Notes under the pieces: generated by a model
Seen by the model: the letters and a program-made list of their open reading frames with translations, nothing else
Databases searched by the model: none
What the model was told of the DNA's origin: nothing
Assembly: GCA_027491395.1 (NCBI GenBank)
Contig: JAOZFI010000015.1
Location: forward strand, 1 to 20,651
Source of the DNA: Thermoproteota archaeon
Lineage (GTDB): Archaea > Korarchaeota > Korarchaeia > Korarchaeales > Korarchaeaceae
Direction: 5' to 3'
DNA: 20,651 bases
Translations under genes and position numbers: made by a program
Shown: piece by piece, positions 6,386 through 14,482 of the stretch
Position numbering within the stretch: the first letter of the stretch is position 1
Layout: each line of letters opens with the position of its first letter

Positions 6386-8581
6386 ATGAGACACGCCACA
6401 TTAATAATGTTGCTATTTCTGAGTGCCCTTCTAATCCCGAGAAGTCCCACGGTAATAGAGGTAGGTGCCCAAGGGATTAGATACGACTGGAAAGGGCTAT
6501 CAATGAAGAATGGAACGAGATATGATCTTCCCGGGGGGTACACGCTAGAAGCAGAGATATTCTATATGGCTGGTGCAGCATGGTACGTCCGCGCGCGAAT
6601 ATTGAAGGGAGGATCACCTTGCTCTCCTTATGTGTATCCCGCGATAGAGACAAGTGCAGGGGGCACGCAACTAGACACTAGGAAGAAGATCGACGTTTAC
6701 GATGTATGTCCTTTCAAAAGGCAGGGAAGACTCCTATATACAGTGTGGATATTAGGAGACAAAACTGATATGAATAACGGAATAATATACTTCGATATAA
6801 CAGACTCCATCTTCTCTCCAGAATCCAATTTGACAATGAAGATCGATTTTCCGAAGTATAAAGAGTATGAAGAACCTCACGCTCAGATTCAGGTTCCTAT
6901 AACAATTACCAACGTAGGACCTAATCCCGTAGACTGGGTGAAGGTCAGGGCCAACTGGTATAGGTTGGAGGGGGAAGGATCTATAAACCTCACCAATGTG
7001 ATTCCAGTATCAGGGACGAGGACTGGCAACGAGGTTAACATACTGCTGGGTGAACTGGAGGGAAACGAGTCTCATCAGCTGACCTTCGTCTTCAACGCGG
7101 GTCCAGGGGAGGGTAAGTACGGCAACTACACAGCATATTTCGAGGTAACGTATCCAACCAAATGGGAGTATAAGGGATTCAATGCAAACCGATCTGTAAA
7201 AATATTCGAGTATAAGCCAGATGGCGTTAATAAAACGCTAAACGACTCCATCAACGTGGTCTTCGGACTCGTCTACAAGGGACATACCGGCGCACCTAGA
7301 GTTGTCCTCTCCGTGAGTAAGCCAACAGGGGATCTTCAGGTCGATCCTGGGACCCCGATAACTTTCAACTTCAGGGCCCAAAATGTGGGCAACGACCACG
7401 CTTACAACGTGACGATAAACGCTCAGGTTGAACCTAACCTACCGATAGAGATCATAAAGCCCTCAGCCATAGCTGGCGGTCACTTTCCCTTGGTGGTTCA
7501 CGCGGACATGCCTCCCAGAGCGATGACCGAGCCGATAGAGTTCAGGATAGTCATCCCGAGTGATGCTGAAGGCATGATGTACAGGGTCAACTTGACCGTC
7601 GGCTACTTCGACATAAGGGGCTACTACAACGAGACGTTCAAGCTTTACACCATAACCGTGAAGGAGTTCGGCTACTCGAAGGTTTACATCACTAAGACCA
7701 TCTCCTCAACCACCATACCCATCAACGGGACGATAAAGGTGGACGTGATCGTGGGGAACAACGGCACGGCAGCCGCGACGAACGTTGTAGTGCAGGACGA
7801 CTACCCTAAAGACATATTCAAGCTCGTTTCGGGGAAGACCAAGCTCACTGCAAGCAAGCTCAATCCGGGGAGCATGCTCTCCCTCTCCTACACCCTTAAG
7901 GCAGTGAGGGAGGGCGTGGCAACGTTCGGCCCCGCCAAGGTCACGTATGTGGACCCGAAGGAGGGGCAGAAGGTCCTCATGTCCGCCCAGAAGTCCCCCG
8001 TGGTGGTGACGATAGTGAAGCCCCAGCTCTCAGTGAGGGTCGAGGACATACCCCAGAACGTCACCGTGGTGAACTCCTTGGTGGGCTTCTCCATCTATAT
8101 GATAAATAGGGGAAGTGGAGAGGCCAAGGACCTCACGGTAGAGATGGAGCTCTCCCCGGGATTCTACATGGTCAATCCACCGACGGTGAAGAAGGGTGAG
8201 GGAGTATCATGCGATCAGCCGGTATGGGAGCCAAAGGAGGATAGGATAAAGGTGAGGATGGTCTGCGAAACGGTGAAGCCCGAGGGTTTCGTGAAGCTCA
8301 TACTCACCATGAAGACCCAGACTACGGGAATGCAGTGGATAAGGGTGACTGGCATCCACTACAAGTCGACGGACGGCAAGACCGTGATCAAGGTCCCCAC
8401 CTCCAGCTACAGGTATGAGACGGTAGTGGTGACCCCTCTGGAGCTCAGGATGTTCTATCTAGCCATATTCACGTTCTCCGTCCTCTTGGTGGCCATGTTC
8501 GTCATAGGCGTGACCAGAGGATTCAGGGTGTCAGTGGGGAGGCGCAGGCCTAGGACGGGATTCGGGGCCTTGGAGAGCTAG
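6386..8581 (+). CDS. Cell-surface glycoprotein with tandem Ig-like (DUF11/CARDB, COG1361-like) domains, C-terminal TM and basic tail
   Basis: Signal peptide. Four repeats of the Ig-type motif ([55 protein letters not shown]). About 14 N-x-S/T sequons. [23 protein letters not shown] followed by GRRRPR. Confidence 0.8.
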   Translation: MRHATLIMLLFLSALLIPRSPTVIEVGAQGIRYDWKGLSMKNGTRYDLPGGYTLEAEIFYMAGAAWYVRARILKGGSPCSPYVYPAIETSAGGTQLDTRKKIDVYDVCPFKRQGRLLYTVWILGDKTDMNNGIIYFDITDSIFSPESNLTMKIDFPKYKEYEEPHAQIQVPITITNVGPNPVDWVKVRANWYRLEGEGSINLTNVIPVSGTRTGNEVNILLGELEGNESHQLTFVFNAGPGEGKYGNYTAYFEVTYPTKWEYKGFNANRSVKIFEYKPDGVNKTLNDSINVVFGLVYKGHTGAPRVVLSVSKPTGDLQVDPGTPITFNFRAQNVGNDHAYNVTINAQVEPNLPIEIIKPSAIAGGHFPLVVHADMPPRAMTEPIEFRIVIPSDAEGMMYRVNLTVGYFDIRGYYNETFKLYTITVKEFGYSKVYITKTISSTTIPINGTIKVDVIVGNNGTAAATNVVVQDDYPKDIFKLVSGKTKLTASKLNPGSMLSLSYTLKAVREGVATFGPAKVTYVDPKEGQKVLMSAQKSPVVVTIVKPQLSVRVEDIPQNVTVVNSLVGFSIYMINRGSGEAKDLTVEMELSPGFYMVNPPTVKKGEGVSCDQPVWEPKEDRIKVRMVCETVKPEGFVKLILTMKTQTTGMQWIRVTGIHYKSTDGKTVIKVPTSSYRYETVVVTPLELRMFYLAIFTFSVLLVAMFVIGVTRGFRVSVGRRRPRTGFGALES

Positions 8582-8586
8582 CAACA

Positions 8587-8619
8587 TTAAAATAGTGGGG
8601 TTCGCCGTATCACGAGGTG
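8587..8619 (+). promoter_or_regulatory. Putative own promoter and SD of rpl12
   Basis: TTAAAATA (8587-8594) directly after the upstream stop, and SD GAGGTG (8614-8619). Confidence 0.5.
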
Positions 8620-8633
8620 TGATAAGGATGGGC

Positions 8634-8954
8634 ATGGAGTACATATATGCCGCTCTGATGCTGCACGAGGTAAAGAAGAAGGTCGAGGAGTCCGATCTCG
8701 AGCAAGTGCTCAAGGCCGCAGGCGTTGAGCCCGACCCGGCTAGGATAAAGCAGCTCGTGAGCACCCTCTCCAACTTGGACATAGACGAGATAGTGAGCCA
8801 GGCCGCCGTCGCCACGGTAGCTCCGGCCGCTCCTGCGGCCCCGGCTCAGGCGGAGGAGGCTAAGGCCGAGGAGAAGAAGGAAGAGAAGAAGGAGGAGAAG
8901 GAGAAAGAGGAGGAAGAGGCCGCCCTCGCTGGACTCGGCGCGCTGTTCGGCTGA
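8634..8954 (+). CDS. rpl12: 50S ribosomal protein L12 (aP1 stalk protein)
   Basis: Canonical [11 protein letters not shown] start (alternative ATG at 8628), Ala/Pro hinge, EEKKEE stretch and C-terminal LAGLGALFG. Confidence 0.97.
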   Translation: MEYIYAALMLHEVKKKVEESDLEQVLKAAGVEPDPARIKQLVSTLSNLDIDEIVSQAAVATVAPAAPAAPAQAEEAKAEEKKEEKKEEKEKEEEEAALAGLGALFG

Positions 8955-8966
8955 GGTCACGGCTAC

Positions 8967-8974
8967 TTTTTTAT
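8967..8974 (+). terminator. Oligo-T tract after rpl12 (partial terminator and/or TATA for alaS)
   Basis: TTTTTTAT lies 12 nt after the rpl12 stop and ~30-38 nt before the alaS ATG. Confidence 0.45.
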
Positions 8975-9004
8975 CCCTCCTTCGCAACTTTTCGAGGATG
9001 ACTA

Positions 9005-11710
9005 ATGGGGCTAGGCGATCCCATAGAGATACAGTTCCTCATAGAGAGGGGCTACGTCAGGAAGAAGTGTCCCAAGTGCGGGGAGTACTTCTGGACCTTA
9101 GATCCAGACAGGGAGACGTGTGGAGAGTCTCCCTGTGAGCCTTACTCGTTTATAGGGAGGGGAATAGCTGATAAGAGCCTGGAGGAGGTCAGGGAGGACT
9201 TCCTGTCCTTCATGGAATCCAAGGGTCACACGAGGATAGGGAGGTACCCGGTTATAGCTAGGTGGAGGGACGATCTCTTCCTCACCAGCGCCTCAATAGT
9301 CGACTTCCAGCCCTTCATAACCGCCGGTCTCGTCCCTCCGCCAGCGAATCCGCTCACCATCTCCCAGCCATGTATAAGACTCAAGGATGTCGACAAGGTC
9401 GGGCCCACAATGGGGAGGCACCTCACCATCTTCGAGATGATGGCCCATCACGCCTTCAACACGAAAGAGAGGTTCGTTTACTGGAAGGAGAGGACAGTGG
9501 AACTGTTCCATGAGTACGCAACCGAAGTTTTGAGGATCCCTGAGGAGGAGATAATCTATAAAGAGGGGATATGGGAGGGAGGGGGGAACGCCGGTCCTGA
9601 TCTGGAGCCGATAGTCAGGGGATTGGAGATAGCCACCCTCGTCTTCATGGAGTACAGGGAGGAGAACGGGAAGTACGTCCCAATGGACACTAAGGTCGTT
9701 GATACCGGATACGGACTGGAGAGGATAACATGGCTGCTTAGAGGCGATCCCACTGGCTTCCACGCCGTTTATGGAGATCTGGTCGACACCTTCAGGTCTG
9801 AGCTGGGTATAGAGCGGGTGGAGGAGCGGCTCCTCAGCAGGTACTCGGAGGTCTCATCCATACTCAGGGAACTGGAGAGGGGAAGGAAGGTTGAGGCCCT
9901 GAGGAGGAGGATAGCGGAGATATTGATGCTGGACTCATCATACTTAGAGGAGAAGATCGCCCCCTTGGAGAAGGCATTCGCCCTCTTGGATCACACGAAG
10001 ACGATAGCCTTCATGTTGGCTGATGGTCTAGTCCCCTCAAATGTGAACGAGGGCTACTTGGGCAGGCTGCTCATAAGGAGGTCGCTCAAACTGCTGAAAC
10101 TGCTAGGTGTGGAGACGAACCTATCGGAGTTGGTGGCTAGGCAGGTAAGTTATTGGTCAGGTAAAGGATTCCCAGAGCTCAAGGAGGCCTTGGACAGGAT
10201 AGTGGAGATAGTGGATATTGAACAGGCCAGATATGAGGAAATCCTCAGGAGAGGAGAGAAGATAGTCAGAGGAATAGTGAAGAGCAAGAGGAAGCTGGAC
10301 TTGGAGGACCTCATAACCCTATACGACTCTCACGGGGTTCCGCCCGAGCTCGTGCAGACGGTGGCCGGGAAGCTCGGCGTCAACGTGGAGGTTCCGGATA
10401 ATTTCTACGAGCTGATCGCTGGGAGGCATGAATCAAGGAAGCCGGAGGCGCCCAAGCTCCCGCCCTTCATAGACGAGTTAGATAGATACAAGCCGACCAA
10501 GCTGCTCTACTACCAAGATCCCTACCTGATGGAATTCGATGCTACTGTCATTGGTCACGTCGGTGACATGGTCCTCTTGGACGAGACCGCCTTTTACCCG
10601 GAGGGAGGTGGTCAGCCTAGCGATGTGGGCGTGCTGTCTTGGTCTGGTGGGAGAGCCGAGGTGGTTTCAGTGGAGAAATATAAGGGGAGGGTCCTCCATC
10701 GCCTTAACGGTCCCCTACCCCCATTGGGCACTAGGGTGCACGGCAAGGTCGACGAGGAGAGGAGACTATCTAGAATGAGGCATCATACTGCCACTCACGT
10801 GATCCTCGAGGCCGCGAGGCGGGTACTCGGGCCCCATGTATGGCAGTGGGGAGCGCAGAAGGGTGATGAGGAAAGTAGGCTGGACATAACCCACTACAAG
10901 AGCATAACCCCCGAGGAGCTCGAGCGCATAGAGCTGCTCGCCAACGAGACTGTGATGAGGAACCTGCCCGTGAACACGTTCTGGCTCCTCAGGACCGATG
11001 CCGAGAGGAGGTACGGCTTCATCCTGTATCAAGGGGGGGTTGTACCTGATCCGGCCCTAAGAATAGTGGAGATCCAAGGCTACAACGTGCAAGCATGCGG
11101 CGGGACCCATGTCACGAGAACGGGAGACATAGGGCCGATAAAGGTATGGAGAGCGAGAAGGATTCAAGATGGGGTGATAAGGCTGGAATTCTCAGCTGGT
11201 GTGCCAGCCGCTAGGAGGCTCATCAAAGCTCACTCCAAGCTGAAGGAGATCGCCCAATCCTTAGGAGTGAGTGAAGAAGAGGTGGATAAGGCGTTCAAGG
11301 CCGCCATGGAGGAGCTGAAGGACCTCAGAAGGGAGATCAGGAGACACGCGAGGGAAATAGAGGAAGCAAAGATCAGGGAAATACTCAAGGAGTTCGAAAA
11401 AGTGGGGGATTACAGGATCTCACACGTCGAACTCGCTTCTGTCAGCTTGGACGAGGGTGTTAAGCTGGTCGATAAGCTAGTTGGGAGCGAGGAGAGGGTA
11501 GTTATCCTGACGAAACCGTCCGGAGATAGAGTGGAGGTGGCGGTACTCGTCAACGGTTACGATTTGATGGCTGGCGATCTGGTGAGAGAGACCACAAAGT
11601 CAGTTGGCGGTGGAGGTGGAGGCGATCAGAGGCTCGGCAGGGGATCCATACCCAAGGAGAAGTTGGAGAGCTTTTTGGAGGTGATCAGAGCACGATTAGG
11701 AGGGAGCTAG
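9005..11710 (+). CDS. alaS: Alanine--tRNA ligase (archaeal type)
   Basis: N-terminal Zn knuckle CPKC...CGESPC, motifs YPVIARWRDD, ASIVDFQP, RHLTIFEMMAHHAFN and DTGYGLER, editing motifs HHTATH and CGGTH, C-terminal DHHA1 GGGGG. Confidence 0.98.
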   Translation: MGLGDPIEIQFLIERGYVRKKCPKCGEYFWTLDPDRETCGESPCEPYSFIGRGIADKSLEEVREDFLSFMESKGHTRIGRYPVIARWRDDLFLTSASIVDFQPFITAGLVPPPANPLTISQPCIRLKDVDKVGPTMGRHLTIFEMMAHHAFNTKERFVYWKERTVELFHEYATEVLRIPEEEIIYKEGIWEGGGNAGPDLEPIVRGLEIATLVFMEYREENGKYVPMDTKVVDTGYGLERITWLLRGDPTGFHAVYGDLVDTFRSELGIERVEERLLSRYSEVSSILRELERGRKVEALRRRIAEILMLDSSYLEEKIAPLEKAFALLDHTKTIAFMLADGLVPSNVNEGYLGRLLIRRSLKLLKLLGVETNLSELVARQVSYWSGKGFPELKEALDRIVEIVDIEQARYEEILRRGEKIVRGIVKSKRKLDLEDLITLYDSHGVPPELVQTVAGKLGVNVEVPDNFYELIAGRHESRKPEAPKLPPFIDELDRYKPTKLLYYQDPYLMEFDATVIGHVGDMVLLDETAFYPEGGGQPSDVGVLSWSGGRAEVVSVEKYKGRVLHRLNGPLPPLGTRVHGKVDEERRLSRMRHHTATHVILEAARRVLGPHVWQWGAQKGDEESRLDITHYKSITPEELERIELLANETVMRNLPVNTFWLLRTDAERRYGFILYQGGVVPDPALRIVEIQGYNVQACGGTHVTRTGDIGPIKVWRARRIQDGVIRLEFSAGVPAARRLIKAHSKLKEIAQSLGVSEEEVDKAFKAAMEELKDLRREIRRHAREIEEAKIREILKEFEKVGDYRISHVELASVSLDEGVKLVDKLVGSEERVVILTKPSGDRVEVAVLVNGYDLMAGDLVRETTKSVGGGGGGDQRLGRGSIPKEKLESFLEVIRARLGGS

Positions 11711-12378
11711 TGGAGAGCCTAGTCCCCCTCACCTATTTCCTTTTCACCTTGGGGTTCCAAGACTCGGTGGAGATCGTAGGAAGGAGGTTCTCTCTGAGGA
11801 AGATGGAGGTAATCGCTTTATCCAAGCTGGTCAGATCGCCCGAGGAATCCCTCCGCAATTCCCTCAAGGTAGTACCCTCCAAGTGCGTCACGGGAAGAGA
11901 CTTGGGGATCGACGGTTTTAACGTCCTGATAACTCTGGAGGCAGCTTTATCGGGTCAATCAGTTTACGTGTGCTCTGATGGTATGGTGAGAGACCTGTCT
12001 CTAGCATATTCATCTTATAAACCATCCGACATGTTCGATGAGGCGGTTCACCTACTAAATGATGTACTAAAGCTGCTTAAACCGGAAAAAGCAGTCATCT
12101 ACTTGGACTCGCCGATCTCCAAGAGCGGAAGGATCGCTAGCAGGATGAGAGAGATTATCAGCGACGCCGAGGTGGTGGTATCCAAGAATGTTGACTCGGA
12201 TATACTGGAGCACGAGGTAGTAGCGAGCAGCGACTCCCGCATCATCTCCCGAGCTTCCTGCATCGTGGACTTACCTAGGATTGCGTTGGAGAGAATAGGC
12301 ATACTCCCGAAATCGTTATTTCCCTCTGAGGGATGGATCCCGGGGTTGAGGTTTGATAGATCTACCCAGAACGGTTGA
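11710..12378 (+). CDS. DUF434/DUF5616 family protein (PIN/NYN-like fold)
   Basis: GTG overlaps the alaS TAG by 1 nt. Family motifs IDGFNVLITLE, CSDGMVRDLS, YLDSPISKSG, VDSDI and VASSDSRII. Confidence 0.85.
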   Translation: MESLVPLTYFLFTLGFQDSVEIVGRRFSLRKMEVIALSKLVRSPEESLRNSLKVVPSKCVTGRDLGIDGFNVLITLEAALSGQSVYVCSDGMVRDLSLAYSSYKPSDMFDEAVHLLNDVLKLLKPEKAVIYLDSPISKSGRIASRMREIISDAEVVVSKNVDSDILEHEVVASSDSRIISRASCIVDLPRIALERIGILPKSLFPSEGWIPGLRFDRSTQNG

Positions 12379-13396
12379 CTTCGATGGGAGGAAAGTGATC
12401 CTAGTTGATCAGAGGAAGCTCCCCGAAGATCTCGTTTTCTTCGAATGCGAGGATGTTGAGTGCGTTGCCTTCGCCATAAAGAACATGGTCGTCAGGGGAG
12501 CCCCGGCCATAGGGGCCACCGCTGCTTTCGGCCTGGCGCTCGTGGCGTCCAAGTTCGAGGGGGGAAGGGACGAGCTGCTGAAAGAGCTCAGGAGGGCCGC
12601 TGAACTGCTCAGGTCCACCAGGCCGACCGCGTACAATCTATTCTGGGCCATAAACAGGGTGTTGGAGGGGGCGAAGGGATCATCCCCAGACGAGATAAGG
12701 GAGAAGATCATCGGAGAGGCGAGGAGGATCGCTGAGGAGGACGTCGAGAACAACAAGATGATAGGAGAGCTCGGTTACAGGCTCATCAGGGACGGATATA
12801 GGGTGATGACCATATGCAACGCTGGGTCCTTGGCCACGGTGTGGTACGGAACGGCGACCGCTCCGATGTATAGGGCATATGAGGAGGGCATCAAGTTCGA
12901 GGTCGTTGCCTTGGAAACTAGACCGGTCCTTCAGGGGGCACGAATCACTGCTTTCGAGCTCAGCAGGGCTGGGATTCCTGTGAAGCTCATAGTAGATGGA
13001 GCTGCAGGCTATGCCATGTCGGAGCTGGGGGTGGACTTGGTGATAACGGGAGCCGATAGGGTGCTGAGGGACGGGACCACGTACAATAAGATAGGCACCT
13101 ACTCCCTATCCATACTGGCCAAGGAGCACGGAGTTCCCTTCTACGTCGCGGCACCCACCTCTACCTTCGATCTGAATTCAGGGCCAGAGGACGTGAAGAT
13201 AGAGATGAGGGATCCCAAGGAGGTTGCATTCATAGGGGGAAGGAGGATAGCTCCGGAGGGCGTCGATGTAATAAATCCGGCATTCGACAGGACACCCCCT
13301 TCCAACATAACAGGCATAATCACCGAAAAAGGGATTGTGGAGAGGCCCTTAGACGAGGGGATAAGGGGGCTGTTCAGCCGAAGCCGGGGGGCCTGA
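12353..13396 (+). CDS. mtnA: S-methyl-5-thioribose-1-phosphate isomerase (eIF-2B alpha/beta/delta family)
   Basis: Motifs [63 protein letters not shown] and [11 protein letters not shown] start with upstream SD-like GGGGTTGAGG. Confidence 0.92.
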   Translation: MIDLPRTVDFDGRKVILVDQRKLPEDLVFFECEDVECVAFAIKNMVVRGAPAIGATAAFGLALVASKFEGGRDELLKELRRAAELLRSTRPTAYNLFWAINRVLEGAKGSSPDEIREKIIGEARRIAEEDVENNKMIGELGYRLIRDGYRVMTICNAGSLATVWYGTATAPMYRAYEEGIKFEVVALETRPVLQGARITAFELSRAGIPVKLIVDGAAGYAMSELGVDLVITGADRVLRDGTTYNKIGTYSLSILAKEHGVPFYVAAPTSTFDLNSGPEDVKIEMRDPKEVAFIGGRRIAPEGVDVINPAFDRTPPSNITGIITEKGIVERPLDEGIRGLFSRSRGA

Positions 13397-14372
13397 CTTC
13401 CACAACTTCTTTATTCACCAGGTTCGGCGGGACCTTCCCGTTGAGGAAGGCTATCAGGTTCTCGGCCACCATTTCGGCCATCCTCGATCTGGTCTCGTGG
13501 CTCGCGCTTGCTGCGTGAGGTGCGAGCACCACGTTGTCCAGCTTTAGAAGGGGATCATCGGGGGGTATGGGCTCCTGCTCGAAGACGTCCAGACCAGCCC
13601 CAGCTATCCATCCCTCCTTTAGGGCCCTGTAGAGGGCCTTCTGGTCTACTACCTTACCTCTCGCAGTGTTTATCAGGAAAGCTGTGGGTTTCATCTTCCT
13701 CAGCTGCTCCTCACCGATGAGATGATAGGTCTCAGGGGTCAGGGGCACGTGGAGGCTGACATAATCGGACTCCTCGAGCAGCCTGTCCAAGTCCGCGAAC
13801 TCAGCCCCCAATTCCCTCTCCAGCTCCTCCCTCCTCACCGAGTCGTAGTAGAGGATCCTCATACCGAAGCCCTTAGCTCTCCTAGCGACGGCACTGCCTA
13901 TCCTCCCCATCCCGACTATGCCCAGCGTCCTTCCATACACATCCGAGCCGAGCATCATCAACGGATGCCAAGCCACCTTCCATCTGCCTTCCCTGACGTA
14001 TTTGTCCGCCTCTACAACCCTTCTAGCGACCGCAAGCATCAACGCGAATGTGAAATCGGCCACCGTCTCGGTGAGGACTCCTGGAGTATTGGTGACGTAT
14101 ATACCCCTTTTCGTGGCCTCCCCGATATCTATGTTATCGTAACCCACCGCATACTGAGAGACGATCCTGAGCTTCGGGGCTGCATCGAAGATCTCAGCAT
14201 CTATGGGATCGGTGAGGAGCGAAACTAGGGCATCGGCATCCCGCACCCTCTCTATTATCACATCTTTGGGCGGAGGAGCCTCATCCTTCCATAGATCAAC
14301 CTCAAAGTGGTCTCTTATCTTGGAAAGTCCCCTCTCGGGGATCTCTCGGGTCACGAAAACCTTGGGCCTCAT
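13374..14372 (-). CDS. gyaR: Glyoxylate reductase (D-isomer-specific 2-hydroxyacid dehydrogenase)
   Basis: Motifs [19 protein letters not shown], Rossmann [24 protein letters not shown] and APHAAS. SD AGGTGG upstream. Convergent 23-nt overlap with mtnA. Confidence 0.93.
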   Translation of the reverse strand: MRPKVFVTREIPERGLSKIRDHFEVDLWKDEAPPPKDVIIERVRDADALVSLLTDPIDAEIFDAAPKLRIVSQYAVGYDNIDIGEATKRGIYVTNTPGVLTETVADFTFALMLAVARRVVEADKYVREGRWKVAWHPLMMLGSDVYGRTLGIVGMGRIGSAVARRAKGFGMRILYYDSVRREELERELGAEFADLDRLLEESDYVSLHVPLTPETYHLIGEEQLRKMKPTAFLINTARGKVVDQKALYRALKEGWIAGAGLDVFEQEPIPPDDPLLKLDNVVLAPHAASASHETRSRMAEMVAENLIAFLNGKVPPNLVNKEVVEVRPPGFG

Positions 14373-14403
14373 CGGACCACCTTGTGGAGGTGGCAGGAAA
14401 AGC

Positions 14404-14445
14404 TTTTAATTCTCCCTCCGCACCGCCTCGGTCAAGCATTTTAAG
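14404..14445. promoter_or_regulatory. Divergent TATA boxes for gyaR (minus) and the GTPase-helicase operon (plus)
   Basis: TTTTAATT at 14404-14411 (AATTAAAA on minus) and ATTTTAAG at 14438-14445, each ~20 nt before an AGGTGGTCCG SD element. Confidence 0.5.
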
Positions 14446-14482
14446 GGGATCCGGCCGTCTGCCTAGGTGGTCCGTATTTAGG

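Noticed and set aside
8855-8920. GAG/AAG purine-rich tandem repeat
   Set aside because: It encodes the normal EEKKEE acidic tail of L12. It is not a CRISPR or VNTR.
12353-13396. Annotation as eIF-2B subunit or ribose-1,5-bisphosphate isomerase
   Set aside because: [14 protein letters not shown] and [10 protein letters not shown] are MtnA-type signatures.
14384-14482. 33-aa N-terminal extension of the GTPase
   Set aside because: It spans the divergent promoter, is low-complexity, and family similarity starts at GPEREEGNQEYK.
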